The notes below the pieces were generated by a model. The model saw only the letters and a list, made by a program, of their open reading frames with translations. It searched no databases and was not told the origin of the DNA. From positions 2,108,001 to 2,172,000 of the forward strand of contig JAYWIR010000012.1 in the NCBI GenBank assembly GCA_036172245.1: DNA of 64,000 nucleotides, read 5' to 3'. Below are positions 24,750 through 37,766 of the stretch, in pieces. A program made the translations under genes and the position numbers. Origin of the DNA: Raillietiella orientalis. Its lineage: Eukaryota. Every line of letters begins with the position of its first letter. Positions within the stretch are counted from its first letter, which is position 1.

Positions 24750-27000
24750 ACAGGCATCGGGAGGGGGGGATTCGTCTTCGGACGCTTGTCTGTCGTCCTC
24801 CTCCTACGCAGTCAGCACACCTGATCGCTGATCCTTCCTTATCTCCTCCGGAGGTCCCGATTCAGGTCGCATTGGGCGGGACCTCCCCGTGCTTTCGAAC
24901 GGTTTCCTCCGAATGGCAGCTGCCCTCAGGCAGGAAGGAAGAGAAGCTCCTTCTTAGATGCTTCCATGGACTACCATTCTGATTCAGGGACCCAGAGGCG
25001 CCATTCCGATGCCGGATGGTCGCGCGCTGCTCTTGGAAGAGCGGCACGCAACTCCTCGTGAACGCGACCCTCCACCTGGAGCGTCTCGCCTTCGTGCCTC
25101 GTGGATGCGAGGCTGAGTCGGGGCTCCACTTGGAGCGCCTGCAGACCGTTTAGACGCTCTAACCCAGGAGACTCATGACCTCCGATACGGGGCAACAGCG
25201 GAATAAAACCAGTTGGTCTCGCCTTCAAACGCCGCTCTTCCAAGGCGTTTCCGTTCCGCGCTCCCCGAGGTGCACGGAAGCTGAGAGCCTCATCCTCGTG
25301 GACCTCAGGAAACCACGGGAGTGAGGGAAGGCGGAGAGCACGATCTCAGGCTGGAGAGTGGTGCGGGAAGAGGCAGCTGGGTGACCGCCACCCGCGCCTG
25401 GAGCGTCATCTTCAGCCATCACCCGGCGGCGGTCACCTGCTTGGTGCCTTCGCGCGCTCGGGAACACCTCGCTTCAAGAGTGTTCCCGCTGGAATGCGGC
25501 TGCCTCCGAGAGGCCATGCGACGCGCTCGGCAGGGAGCGGCGTGCCTCCAAGGGAGTTAGCTCCTTCTTCCCGCCCGGGGGGGGCGGCAGGAGCGCTTCT
25601 TGCGTCCCTCTTGCGTCTCGAGTGCGACTGACGCCGCTGTCGCGACCACCCCGAGTTATGTTCCCGCTAGGGTTCCCCACCTGGCGCCCGATGTGTCCGC
25701 AGGAGGAAGGGGGAGGGTACCTGATGCCCCAAGACAGGGAGACCCACCTCGAGTGGCGCGATGCGCCCGCTACTCGGGCGCATTCGCCGCCGCCGGAAAC
25801 GCCTTCGAACTCGTCGAGAGTGCGGAAGGCCAGTGCCTCGGGATCAAAGGGGAGATGAGGCAAAGCTGCGGGAGACCTGGCTTTCCGGGATCGGCCTACC
25901 GTCCCCTCCTCTTAGCCTCAGACAAGCTCTGCAGGGAGTGGGAGGCCCTCGCGCCGGTCTAGGTGCACGACTTGTACCGTTGCGTGCTGGTCGTCATGCG
26001 CCTCTCCCCCCTTCAGGTCTGTTTGTACTACAAGCTCAGCAAATGAGGACTCGCACGAAGGACCAGATGGAGATCGACCTCGCCTTTAGTCTCCGGGAGC
26101 TGCAAGGTCATGCTGGTTCTGGTGGCAGCGCAGGGGACAAGCAGATTCCCTTGCGGATGCTCTCCGGAAAACAAATTCAAGGAGCGGATCCTTCCCGGGT
26201 TCCCTTCGGGGAAGGAAAAATGGAGTAGTCCCCTACAGGGTAATCCCTCCGGAGAGAAGAGGTGGTTCCTTCGAGGATTCCTTCCGGGAGTCTCCGCTGC
26301 TGTCTGGCGGTTTCCAGGCTTCCTCTGCCTGTTGCACGAGTTGCCCTTGATGTTCCAGCGCGCAGCCGGCGAACTCGGAACGGTGGCGCTGACCGCCGGC
26401 GTTCGCGGTCCCGGCTTGAGGCGCCGACCTTGCCTTCTGCGAAGGTCACCCCCGAATGGTCAGGATCTTGTCGGAACGGAGGATGCTTTCTGGCTTCCGA
26501 ATGCGAGAGGAAAAAGTGGTGTCCCTCCGAGGTCTTTTCCGGGTGACGATTTACCGGGTACCGCGAGGAGTAGCCGGGAGATTTCACCCTCCCAGAAGAG
26601 GATGCGCCTTTGCAGCGGGTGGGGCAAACGCGTGGTGCCCAGGAACAAGAGGTCCCGGTGCTCTCCGACACCTCTTGGGGAGTCGCCAAGCATCAAGACG
26701 CAGACTTGCAGAGTTGGTGTTTGCGGAAGCAGCTCCTCGGCTCTTCTGGAAGAGAACGGGAAGGAAGTGGGCCGGAGAGTCCCTGCGCGATTCCGACTTC
26801 CTGTGATGTGGGAGGCGAGAATCTTCCCGTCCGCGACTCCGTCACCTTTGCTGGCCATCCCGCCTCTCTTCCTTCCAGTGCTTTTCCGCCATCAAATCCT
26901 CCGTCCCTCCTCCTCTTTCGTCGCCTGTCGACCGCTCTTCGCATCCGGCGCTGTTACTGGAGCCATTTTCTCTGATGGCTGCAGAGGAACCGAGTGCGTG
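24750..27000 (-). mobile_element. Degenerate LINE ORF2 (RT to thumb)
   Basis: EISRLLLAVPGKSSPGKD (EI...KSPGxDG), RTLDEFEGVSG (F..SG), GIRYP (KYLG), KELTPLEARRSL. Confidence 0.6.
26150..26295 (+). repeat. Isolated arm fragment of the palindromic element
   Basis: AAATTCAAGGAGCGGATCCTTCCCGGGTTCCCTTCGGGGAAG... resembles arm subrepeats at ~15985 and ~18477-18550. Confidence 0.55.
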
Positions 27001-28149
27001 CATCCTCCTCCGTGAAGGCGGAGGGGGATTTTCTTCGCAGGGAGGAATTTCTGAAGGGGAGGGGGAGAAAACGCCTCCTTTCTGGAGCGTGATCCCAGTT
27101 TCCCCTCTCTGCCCGGGTGCTTCTTGCGCGAGGGATCATCCCCGTGTCCCTTGAAATGCCTGGCATCTCGCGATCTGAGGGATGAAGGGTCCTACCCTAG
27201 CTCGTGCGTGTTGTCCCGACTTCTTCGTGACCACAGCAGGCTTGAAGGCCCGCCTGCCGCCGTCAGCAGGAGGATGCCGTCCGAGACTGCCCAGCGCAGC
27301 TGGACGTTTCTACAGGAGCATCCTGCAAACGATCGGGTGTGATCCTTCATAGTTGAGCCGAAGACCACCAGAAGACCCGCCCACCTGTCTGACGCCGAAA
27401 GGTCATACAAAGCAGGTGCGGCCCAGCGGCAGGAACCTTCGGGGAAGGGGGTGTCCTCACCGCCGCCGATCTCTTCGCGAAGAAGAGTTCATCCTCCTCC
27501 TCCTGCTCCGGAGGTGAAGTGTCCCGGATCCTGGGCACTCTCGGCGAACCGGCCGTTTGTTCCAAACGACGAGGGCTATGCGGCCACGGTGTCAGCGCGC
27601 GCGCGTCGGGACCGTCGCCGAGTTCGATGCATTGTCGCGGCTTTCGAGTCTTCACGCGAGATGGCGCTGCGGGTTGGTGGTTGTGGATTCGGACGCGCGT
27701 CGGTATGCGCGCTCGCGTTCGCAGCCGCATGCCTTGTTGACAAGCCCGGATGCGGGAGTGGATTGTCCGGGGTTCTCTTCAGGAAAACAGGGAGCAGCTC
27801 CGCTCGAAAGAAAAAAAAAAGAAACGAGAAGCATGCCATTTTGTTCGGGAGCGATGCTGATCGCCGCATCGTTCCGAGCTTGGTATATGTACAGCCGAAG
27901 CGTGTACGAAAGCCGCGTTCGAAAAAAACTGCGAGTTCGGGCAGTTCGGCGAAACCGCGGAGTGGGGAGCACTCGGGAGTGAAGCGCCTTCAGGTGGTCA
28001 CCGAGGCGATCTCCCAACTCCGAGAGCGGACTGCTTGGGAGGACGCGTCACGGCGGGCGGTTTCCGGCAACTTCCGTCGGGAGAGTCCCGTCTTCTGTCG
28101 GTGCGTTACATTCCGCCGGAGACCTCTAGGAGGGACCCCCCCACCCGCC

Positions 28150-29050
28150 GCCTAAATCAACAGATTCTCTCTCCGGAGGCGCGCTGCTGATCGTTCCGAG
28201 GCGGCATGCAAACGTCTTCGGCTCCGATCGAGGCATCTTCAGGGGTTCCTGCCCAACCGCAGCCTTTGCTGGGCTGGAGATGGCGAGTCGGCGCCCGCAC
28301 CTGCTTCCGGGTGCTTTCGGAAGTCCGCCCTGTCCGCGCGAGGACCGGCCGAGGGGGAAGTCGCATCCTCCAGCGTTCCGCTGAAGGAAGGAACGTTCTC
28401 GAAACACTCCCGTGATGTCTGGAAGCTGGATTCGCTGGACCAGGATAGAAAAAACGGAGTCAGTGGAGAGAGGACAGAAACCCCGCGAGTTCAAGAGGTC
28501 CGGTCTCGATTTCGCCACCGGGACAGCCTCTCGGCGAGCAGGTGCCTTCAGGCTGGAAATCAGAGCACCAAGCGGCGGTCTCCGGCCTCCGCGACGAAAT
28601 TCCGCAGGGGAGGGAAGGGCGTGGGAAGCGAACCGCTCGGCGCGGAGGCCTCCTGCCTCCTGCCCGGCGGGACAGTGGTCGCGAGGTCGGACAGATGCGA
28701 TAGGAGGAAGGCACAAAAGAGCTGTCCGGAGGAATCATCCGACCGCGGGAGAGGCAGCTGCCGCAACCGCGCACTCCTCCATCCGACGGAACCCCGGTGG
28801 GCGACATCGCGCCCCGCAGCTGATGGAGGAGGAAGCCACCTGCGGTGCCTCCTGCGGCTTCATGGTGCGGGGAGAGGGGGGAAGGCAACCAGGGTCATCT
28901 TCTTCGGGTCAGCTTCCAGAGGGGCATTCCGACCTCGGAAGGTGAGGAGGATTCGGCGGAACCAGGGAAAAGCCTGCCGGAAGGAGGACGTGCCAGGCCT
29001 CCACGGGTTCCGCCTCCCTGCGGAATCCTCTCGGGATCGAAAGTGGGACT
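28150..29050 (-). mobile_element. Degenerate LINE RT N-terminus
   Basis: AGGLRAERF (DGLxAEF) and VPVAKSRPDLLNSRGFCPLSTDSVFSILVQRI (LIPK...NWRPISLLNTDYKI...RL). Confidence 0.6.
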
Positions 29051-29109
29051 TCGAAGTGGGACCGTTCACAACTTTCGGATACTGAGAGCAGCTCCCGATC
29101 CGTCCCCCT

Positions 29110-29655
29110 GTGGGAGGAGGCGCCTTCTTCCGGAGGAGGTTCTGCCGTCCCTAACCCACTCGAGCGCCCTTTTCCTGAAGGGTGCAGCTTCGCGGGGGAG
29201 CCTGCCCGGGAGCATCGGATGGACCGAGGAAGGGCGAAGACTCGCCAGACGGACGGAGCGGAGAGAGCCGGCAAAGCAGACGGAAGGAGGAAGAGAGGGG
29301 GACGTGGAGCTGGCAATCCTGCCGCTCCCCTGCCTGCTTGCAGATGGCGGTATCCGGAAGTGAGGCGAGCGTCCGGTGAGCGCGGACCTGGTAGCAAGGA
29401 GGCATACACCGAACAGGAAGAAAGGGAATTCCAGGAGGAGCAGGACTGCCAGCTCCACGTCCCCAGCCCTTCTTCCGCCTGATCTGCCGGCTCTCTCCAT
29501 TCCGTCCGTCCGGAGAGTCTTCGCCCATCCTCCGCTTCCTCCCCGTTCCACTTCGGAATAACCGCGGCTCACCCCTCCAACCCCCTCCTCGAAGGAGAGA
29601 CGGGGGGAGGAACCCTCCCGCTGTCCCGGATGCAGAATCTCCTGGCGCCCTCCTC
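29110..29655. repeat. Long inverted repeat (MITE-like or local foldback)
   Basis: 29225-29332 and 29431-29534 are reverse complements (GGGCGAAGACTC..GACGGACGGA..GGAGAGAGCCGGCA..GGGGACGTGGAGCTGGCA.TCCTGC). Weaker outer pairing of ~29110-29150 with ~29625-29655. Confidence 0.85.
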
Positions 29656-31349
29656 CTCCCCTCCCCGGGAGGGCGGGGAGACTTCCTGCTTCTCGGTGAG
29701 GGACTGGGCGGGGCACCTCGAGGGGGTCTGCCGTCCAAGACGCATCCCCGCCCCCGTGCGCGCGGGTTCCCTCCGAAGGGGGAGGGCAGCCTTCGTTTTT
29801 CGAGGACGCCGGTACGCGGAGAGCACTGCCGGGCAACCGCCTCCCAATCTTCTGCGCTGCCGGTTACGGGGGGCGGGTGGGCCGGAGCTGCGGCGTCGCC
29901 GGGACGCGGGATCCCCCGTCCGCCAAGCAGCCTCCTGATCCCTCCCTCCGCCCCGAAAATGGCACTCCCGGAGGCTAGCTTCGGACGCGGAGAGCAGAGG
30001 CGGGAAGGGAGGAAGGAATGGCCCCCTGTCATCCCGGAGCGGCGCTTCAGCTCTCCGCCCTGGTCGCGGCGGTGCAGGGGGCGCCGAGCACCCCCCGCAT
30101 GATATCATGGAGTCCCCGCTGGGTCTTCCCGGCCCTTCCCCTCTTAGGACCCGCCTTCTCCGGCGCGGTAGCGCCCTTTTCTCTCTGCCCGCCCGCCATT
30201 CCGGGAAACACTCTCGGAAGGGGGAAGAGGGGGGGGGGGACCCGCCCGCTGGAGGCCGCCGCGCGCGCCCTCTCCTTACCTCCTTCACTGGGCTCGCAGG
30301 ATCCCGGTCCGCGAGCGCGCCTCCCGCGCGGGACGTGACGCGCCGAACATCGCGAGTCGGCTGGACGCTCCTCCCTCGCTTCCCGTATGCCGCCGCTCCC
30401 GGCAGACGCCGCCGCCGCCGCCGCCTTCGCACACCCGGAAGTCTCCCGTCTGCGGCGCGAGACACCGCCTTTAAGGAGGCAACAGGTTGGCGCATGTGGC
30501 GTGGGCAGCGGGGGAGCCGCCGTCTTCTCCCTTTTCCGGGAACGCTCCGAGCGAAGTGGAAAGGGGCGCGGGCGGGGGGAGGGGATCGGCCGGCAATGCC
30601 GTGCGGTGGCGACCCGCGGAACCAACCGTCCCGCGTTCCCCGGCCGGAGCGCGGCCGCCCGCGAGTGCGCCCGAGGGATCGGCCATCCTCCGAAGAGCCC
30701 TGCTCCCGGAGGCGGAGCGCCGCCGCCGGGAGCGTGACCTTCCGAGACGCCTGACTTCTCGCCCCGGAGTCTTCCCTGCTCCGAGGTTTCTGGCAGTGCC
30801 CGACCTTCCCCTCCTTCCCGGTGCATCCTCGCGCCTTTCCCTGGCCGCTTCCCGCCCGAGGGCACCGCGAGACCGATCCGCTGCGGGTTGTCCTTGAGTT
30901 GCAACCCTCACAAGGGAACCACCGGAGTTTCCACCGGAGGGAGCGCCGAATGACCCCCGAATGCTTGACCGAGGTGGCGACACACGAAGCCGCCGTGCTG
31001 GGGTGGTTCGTCAGCTCCGCCAATGGCGGCGCCCGCCGGCTCTCCCACCGGATATTCTCGGCCTCCTCGGTCGTGGGAGGGAGGAATGCAGGGGCAGACT
31101 GCTCTGCGCCTCTCGGAAGCACCGGCACCTGAGCGCCTAGTCGACGAGCGGGAAAAAGGACAACCTCATGGAACTCTCGATGACGTCGGCGGCACTCGAC
31201 GCAGGGAAGCTTCCCAAATTCGCCGCTAGGAAGTGCACGCGACGATCAGCAAGGGGGGGGGGGAGGGCTTTGGGCAAGTGCCCTGCCGATCCCTTTCGAA
31301 AAATGGCACTTCTACGAGCTTTCCCCTCGACCCACGGAGCCCTCTGGCA

Positions 31350-33550
31350 GCGGTGGTGCTTCGCGCGCGCGCCCTCCCAAAATGCTCGCGCTCACCTGCA
31401 CGGGATGCTGCAGGCGGTCCACTCTCCCGGTCGCGAAGGAGGTGCGCCCTTTCCCCTTCCCTTCCCTTCCTTCCCCTTCCTGTCGCTTTTCCATTCCCGC
31501 GTAACTTTACGCGACGTTCCTGCTCCGATCCTGCTCATCCCTGTCTGGATCCTGGAAGAAAGCTCTTCCAACTCCTTTGAGAGACGCTTGTCGGAAGACG
31601 AAGGGATCGCGCAACGGCCGAGATTTCCATCAGCTGCATCTTTTTTACTGGACCGCTCACCTCGTAGGGATCCTGCGAGGAAAATTCTGGCTCCTCTGAT
31701 GGTCCGCTGCAGCAGCAGTCTGCCAGGTCGCCCCTGCTCCGTCCGCGGGGACCGCGGTTGCCGCTCCTCGAGGGAGAGAACGTAGAGATGGGAGGTGCTC
31801 AGCCTCCTCCCTTCAAGCCGCTGACCCAGCTGCTGATCCGTTCGGTAGAACCGGATGAGCAAACAACTGGTGGAAAGACTCCACACGGCGATTTCCAGGA
31901 GCGCAACACGGAGAAAAAAGCATCCGAGGGTGGGAAAGGAGGAGCGGAGACGGGAGCACCCTCCTCTCAGTGCGGGGGAGAAGCAGTGCGTCTGCGACTG
32001 GAAGGGTCTGCACGCGGTCCTGCCGCCCCACCTCCCAAGCCAGACTCGCCGCCTGCCGCTTCCCCGAGGGATGAAAGCTTCTCGTTCCGTTCCACGCGGG
32101 CAGGAACCGCTGTGCTATCGACGTCGGCTTGGCAGTCGCCTCTCACATCCGCTTCCTTAGAATTCTTTGCTTCAAAGGAGTCGGGCACACCCCGTGAAGT
32201 CCTCGAAACGTCCCAAGATCCCTTTTTGGGGGGTTCCCCTCCTCTGATGCTTGCAGCACCTTCCATCAGTCGCGCCACCTGTCGGTCGCCTGGTGTGTCC
32301 ATTGCGACGCTCCTCCTGGAGGTCGCGAGACCCCCTACGGCTCATAGGACGCGATGACCGGCCCACAGCGGCAGCTGCTGGAGCTCCACGCCTGCGCTGC
32401 CGCTGCTTCGAAAGGGCGGAAACCAAGGAAGCTGAAAGCGCGCAGTTCGGAAGGCGGCGAACTTTCCTCTGGGCTTCAAGAGTGCATCGAAGAGGACGCC
32501 TGCGGCCTCCCTACAAGAACCTGAAAATCCGCCGCCTTATTCTTCGGTGGAGAAGGCGGGAGAGGAAGGGGAGGGAAGGAGAGTAGCAATGCAGTTCCGC
32601 GGTTTGCAAAGGGGTGGCTGCAATTTCCGGCGCTATTTTTCCTCCTCCGAGAGGGAGGGGCTCTCGATCCACTGCCCCTGGAAACTCCTTTAGTCTTCAG
32701 GCACGACTCTCCGCCGGGGCAAGCGGAGGACGCGGTGGGAGAGCGGCGGAAGGTGCGCATTGCTCGAGGGACCCTCGCATGCCCTTCGAGAGGCCGAGTC
32801 CCCCGTTGCAGCTCTCCTCCCTCCCTGATTTCCTCCCCTCTCCCCTTCCTGGTGGCTCCCGGTCGTTGTGGGAAGACCAGGAGCCGAGCGGGCCCCACTT
32901 CCCCGTCTTTATCGAACGAAGAGCGAGGAAGCTTGGCCGTAAGGGAGTCGCAATGGTCAGGGTCAGGGCGGGAAACGCCGGGCGCTCTCCCGAAGCCAGT
33001 ACCGCCTCGCTTCCTCTCTCCAAGCAGGATGTTGAGAGCTCGACCCGAATTCCTCCCTCAGGAGCGCTCCCATTTGTCCCGTTTTCTTCCCCAGGGACGT
33101 GGCGGCATCCTCGGTTTTCCTCCTCTTGTGCCAGGAGGCTGCGGATCTCTCGAGACCAGGAAGCTGCGCCTCGAGGAACAGGTTGCAGGCGCCCCCTGGG
33201 AGAGCGGCGGCGGCTCAAAGGGAAGAGGGGAAGAGAAACGGGCTCGGAGGAGACGCAAGACATCTCGCGCTCGAGCAGAAGGAGAAGGAGGAGGAGGAGT
33301 TGCGTAGCAACCGCAGATGTGCGCCTTCGAGGCCGATCCCAGGGGAATTGGCACATCCGGACAGGGTTGCGTTCACCGGACTGCCCACGCTCCATTCGCA
33401 GCCACGAAAGGCAGAACCCCTTGCCCATTCTCACCTTGCTTAGGAATCTCCCTTTTTCGCCCTTCTTCATGACTTTCAAACCCGTCCGCGTTGCCAGAAG
33501 GGAGGGAGATCACATTAGACAGCAAGGAAGATCTCCCCTCCTGAGAGGTC
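31350..33550 (-). mobile_element. Degenerate LINE ORF2 (EN to thumb)
   Basis: GEKGRFLSKV...FCL (EGR.L), FPGAVD, ADFQVLVGRP, CQADVDSTAV (YADD), LEGRRLS. Colinear but weak. Confidence 0.4.
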
Positions 33551-34179
33551 ACCTGCAGACGGATGCCTCTCGGGGAGGATGGGTCATCGGTGGGGGTGAA
33601 CAGAATCGCAAAGCTCAGGAAGAACCCCGTCTGACCTCCAAGGGTCACTTCTTATGCTTGTTTCTTCCTCATCGTCCAGGATTTGGAACGGGATGAACGT
33701 CTGGCCTGCGCAGATGCACCAGTTGACCTACCTCGACGACCTCCTCCGTGAACCGATCGCGTTTCGTACCCGCCAAGACCATCTTAGCCCTTGGGATGCG
33801 TCTCTTTGCTTTACACCGCCTCGCTGCCCTCGTTCCCTGCCGATGAGGAGAAGCCGTGTCTGTGGATCGCGCGGTCTGTGGACCCCTGCGTTTTCTTTCA
33901 GGATGTTTCCTGGACTCACACGCCAGGTCGGGACGTTCCCATCCCGAGCCTCTGGTCACTCGCATTGTGCACCCTAGGTGCCACCTCCCCTTGTGGAAGC
34001 CGCCCGCCATTTTCGTACCGTTCTTCCAGGACGTTTACTCTCCAGGAGGGATAAATAAATATCCCACGTGTATAACCGAATCCACTGCATTGCTCAAAGA
34101 TTTCAAGGGGGCGGGGAGCGAAATAAGAAAGAACTACCTACCCTCAGACCGACTGCGTAGGAAGCAGGGAGGGTGTAGG

Positions 34180-36900
34180 GAAAGGACAGAAAATCAATAA
34201 ATAAAAAGGGGAGAAAGAGACGGGGGTCATCGGTCACATTCGCCGCGTCTTCTGCAACCTGCGTGCGATGCAGGCGGCGTCCTTCTTCATTCTGATGCCC
34301 TTCAGGGGCGACTTTGCCACGTTCCCCATTCCTGCGGTGTTGAGGACCGTGACCTTCTTCCTTCCTTGTTGAAGCGCCTCCCTTTTATCCCGGAACGCCA
34401 TGATCCTCCTGGCGCGATACAGGATGGGACGACCGAGGAGAGCAGGCGAAAATCCGTCCCGCGCGAGGCGGCGCCGCGATGGTTCTTCCGGGGTGAATTT
34501 AGGCCAAAGCAGGGCGGCCGTGAGGCCTTTCCTCACACCCCGAAGGTCACCGCAGTCCGGAAGCGGGTGCTCGTGGAAGTTTTCGGCCTCCTTGCAGATG
34601 GATGCAGTGGCGCCGCTTGTTGCACGGGGAGCCGCGACTGCGCCCAAGGCAGGGCCTCTTCGTGTGCCACCTGAGGGGGTGCACAGAGATGCCATCTAAA
34701 TAGAGGGTATGGGTTGCAGTCTGCAAGGGTGGAAGCTCCAGATACTCCGCTCAGAGCAGCAGGTGCGCTGTCCCCAGCGCGTGCGCTGGGTGTCACCGCG
34801 TCAGCTCACCATCCCTCCAAGTTCGCCGCTCCCGCTACGAGGTCACCCACCCTGCTGGCTGGCAACCATCGTTTCTATCCCGTGAAAGGGTAGCTCTGCG
34901 CAGGGTGCAGCTCTGCGAAAGGGTGGTAGTAGCTCGGTTCACTTCTTCCTGTCTCTTCCCACTTCCTCCGGGAAGATCACTCCCTGGATGTGGATGGGAC
35001 GAATTGTGGGATGGCGTCAGTCCCAGAGGTGCGGGTTCAGGTTCCCGCTGCCTTCTGCCACCAAGAGTTGTAATTTGCAGGATGGCAGGAGATCCACTGA
35101 TGTTCTTCCCTCGGAGCAGCGATCTGCTTCAGTGGGAACCCGAGTGCCTTCATGCGGTCTGGGTTGCGAGGTAGCAACGACGCTGCCACTCCCTCGCAAC
35201 CGACCGCGCACTTCTGAATTTCGAGCGCAGGATGGCACTGGAACCGCGTCCAATCTTCGGCCATCAAGGTCAACATTCCAACCTGAATCTCTAGTTCTAT
35301 CTTCTCCGGAGTGAGGATGCCGAGTCGCGCATTCCCCCGTGGTCCATTCACAATGCAACTCTTTAGAGATGGTCCTCAGCCAAAGACACGATTTTGTGCG
35401 TCTCTAGACGGAATATAACTGGTAACCCAACATTTCATAAACTAGCCGCTCTGCTATCCATGAGAAGAGCGCACATGAGAAAGTTTTACTTCAAAATGGC
35501 TACCCTCTGATGGCATCCGAGTGGCCAAGCTCCTCTGTTACTTTCCAAGGTTGTCCTAAAAGTCTTCAGCGCGGAATGATTGATCTCGTCCTTCATGCTG
35601 CCATGGACGGCTCTGACTATTCAACCTTTCGGGTTCCTTCTGATTTGAGGAAGCAAAGCAACAACAACAGGAAGAAATCATCTTTGGAGAGGTAAGCTGA
35701 ATCCCGAAAGGGTGATGGCATCAAGAGCCACGCCCTGTCCGGGCGACGGTTTTTGAACAGAGACCGCAGTGCCGAAGGGGCTTCGTCAGCCATCAACCAT
35801 TCCCAAATGGCTCACGAAGACTTCCCTCAGACTATCTTCTTGGCCAATGAGGAGCCTCTTGACAAACAGCCTCATGTACCGTTCCATCAGTCAGTACGAA
35901 TTTGAATCCAGACTTTCAAGACTCGAAACGAAGTTTTTGAGCTTTCTGGTCGCACCTCTCTTTGGACGGAAGCGTCTTGTTGGTTTGTTCTTCGAGCAGT
36001 TTTTTTTTTTAGATTGTCACTGCCTGCATCGCTTTCATAGCCGTCGTCAAATAATGGTCACAGCAGAAGCTCACAGGGGGTCACAGTAGCAGTTATCTAA
36101 GGTTTGCTCGGTGGTCACTGTGAGTGGCAAAATAAAGAGCGAATGAGTCCAGCGTCTCCGTTCACATTCCCTGATTCGGTCTGGCCTTGTCTTTGACACC
36201 GGCACTGTTCACCTGCCTTGGGAAAACGCGGGAACCAGGGTACGGATAGAAGCGAACGGTGGCACCGCTGGCATCCCTCGGGAACGATGTGAAAGCATCC
36301 TGCTGAATGAAGTCGGGTTCTTTGGCACACATCTAGAGCTCCAGGGATCTTCTGCTAGGATATGCCCGGAATGCCTGCCGTCCGAGATGGCAGAGATGGA
36401 AAGGCCTGTTCTCCTCTTCCCAGTGGAAGGTGAAGGTCGTGGAGTTGCAGTTACCTGGAGCCACGGGTGTCCAGCATCGTTCCCTTTCCGCACCTATTGT
36501 TGCTGAGACAGCGCGGTTTCTGGAAATCGGGAGGCAGCTGGAATGCAACCGCTGCTGGATGGATGGAGCGGGCAGTTTCATCATCGGATTCCGTTGCGAC
36601 GCGATGGAACGCCCGACGTCCCCTCTCCGAAGAGGGCAGAGAAGGAAAACAACAGCAACAAGAGCCACACACAGACGGCCGAGGGCAAGCGGCTCGGACA
36701 TATAGCCATGGCTGCAGGCTGTTTGTAGGTAGGATCGATGAAGCTGAGAGATTCTCCGCTGAGGAAGACTCTGACCAAGAGGCCGCTCTTGGAAGGTTCT
36801 GGAAAAGGCAGCTAGAGGAGATTCTTCAGCAGCCTTCCTACGAGCGGGGAAGGGGAGGGAGGGCTGTCGAAACACAAGGATTCCTCTGTCCCCTTTACCC
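34180..36900 (-). mobile_element. Degenerate L1/Tx1-type LINE ORF2, RT through 3' end
   Basis: VFLLCPLRRGDVGRSIASQRNPMMKL...QQRL, SIRTL, SLFILPL, QRVAILK, GPRGNARLGILTP (PxxxGGLGIxD), SICKEAENFHEHPLPDC (Cys/His knuckle), stop at 34234, then a T-rich tail. Confidence 0.7.
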
Positions 36901-37505
36901 TCCCTTCCAGGCGTCGCACGCTGCGCTTCCCTCGCTGCTTCGAACAGCAGGCGAGTTCCGCCCTCGACCTTCCGCCCTTGAGCCGCTTCCGGCGTGGGCC
37001 AACAAGGAACGAGAACCTCTTAGGGGCAGGCCTCCGCAGGCACGGCTCCGCCCTCAGGGCTCACTGCCCAGGAGGGGCAACCCAATATCGAGTTGAGCCA
37101 CCATCCAGAGAAGAATCCACTAGCGCTGAGCACGACGGCGAGGCACTTCCCGGGTTTCAGGGGGACAGCCGGAGGGTCGGCGAGCGTGCCTCCGCTCTGC
37201 ACGTACACACGACCGTGGAACACCATAAATCAAATTACTTCCGCCCCATCTATCCCCATCCTTCCTGTAAATTCAATTTTTATTACATCCCTTATGAATC
37301 CTCACCGTATCGAAGAATCTTGCAGAGCCGTGGGTACTCCGCACGTCTGTGGCCCTCGCAAGATTATGGCGCGTCTCGGATCTCAGGAAGATGTAGCGGG
37401 CGTCCGATGCCAACGTAAGCATGCTTCATTACATAACGATCGATGCGTTTCAGATGCTGGCACCAGGTAATGCATTCGGGTGAATTTATTTAATTCTGTT
37501 CAATA

Positions 37506-37766
37506 GAGCTGCACCCACATCTAGATATCTGCATCTGGAACTACATCTACGTTTAGATATCTGTATCTAGAGCTACATTTATATCTACATATCTGTATTT
37601 ATAGCTAAATCTACATCTAGATCTCCGGATCTGGAGCAACACCCACATCTAGATATCTGTATTTAGTGCTACATCCATATCTGTATCTAGAGCCACATTT
37701 ATATCTACAGATCTGTATGTTGAGCCACACCCACATCTAGACGTCCTTATCTGGAACTACATCTAT
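37506..37766. repeat. Minisatellite, ~32-bp unit, about 8 diverged copies
   Basis: Unit consensus ~GAGCTACACCCACATCTAGATATCTGTATCTA with internal 6-bp periodicity (ATCTAG/ATCTAC/ATCTGT). One unit is shortened. Confidence 0.9.

Noticed and set aside
29569..31128. 519-aa ORF and overlapping long ORFs
   Set aside because: Arg/Gly/Pro/Ala-rich translations are open in several frames on both strands because extreme GC content depletes stop codons. No recognisable domain.
37506..37766. CRISPR array
   Set aside because: Contiguous degenerate tandem units without unique spacers, in a eukaryotic context with no cas genes.
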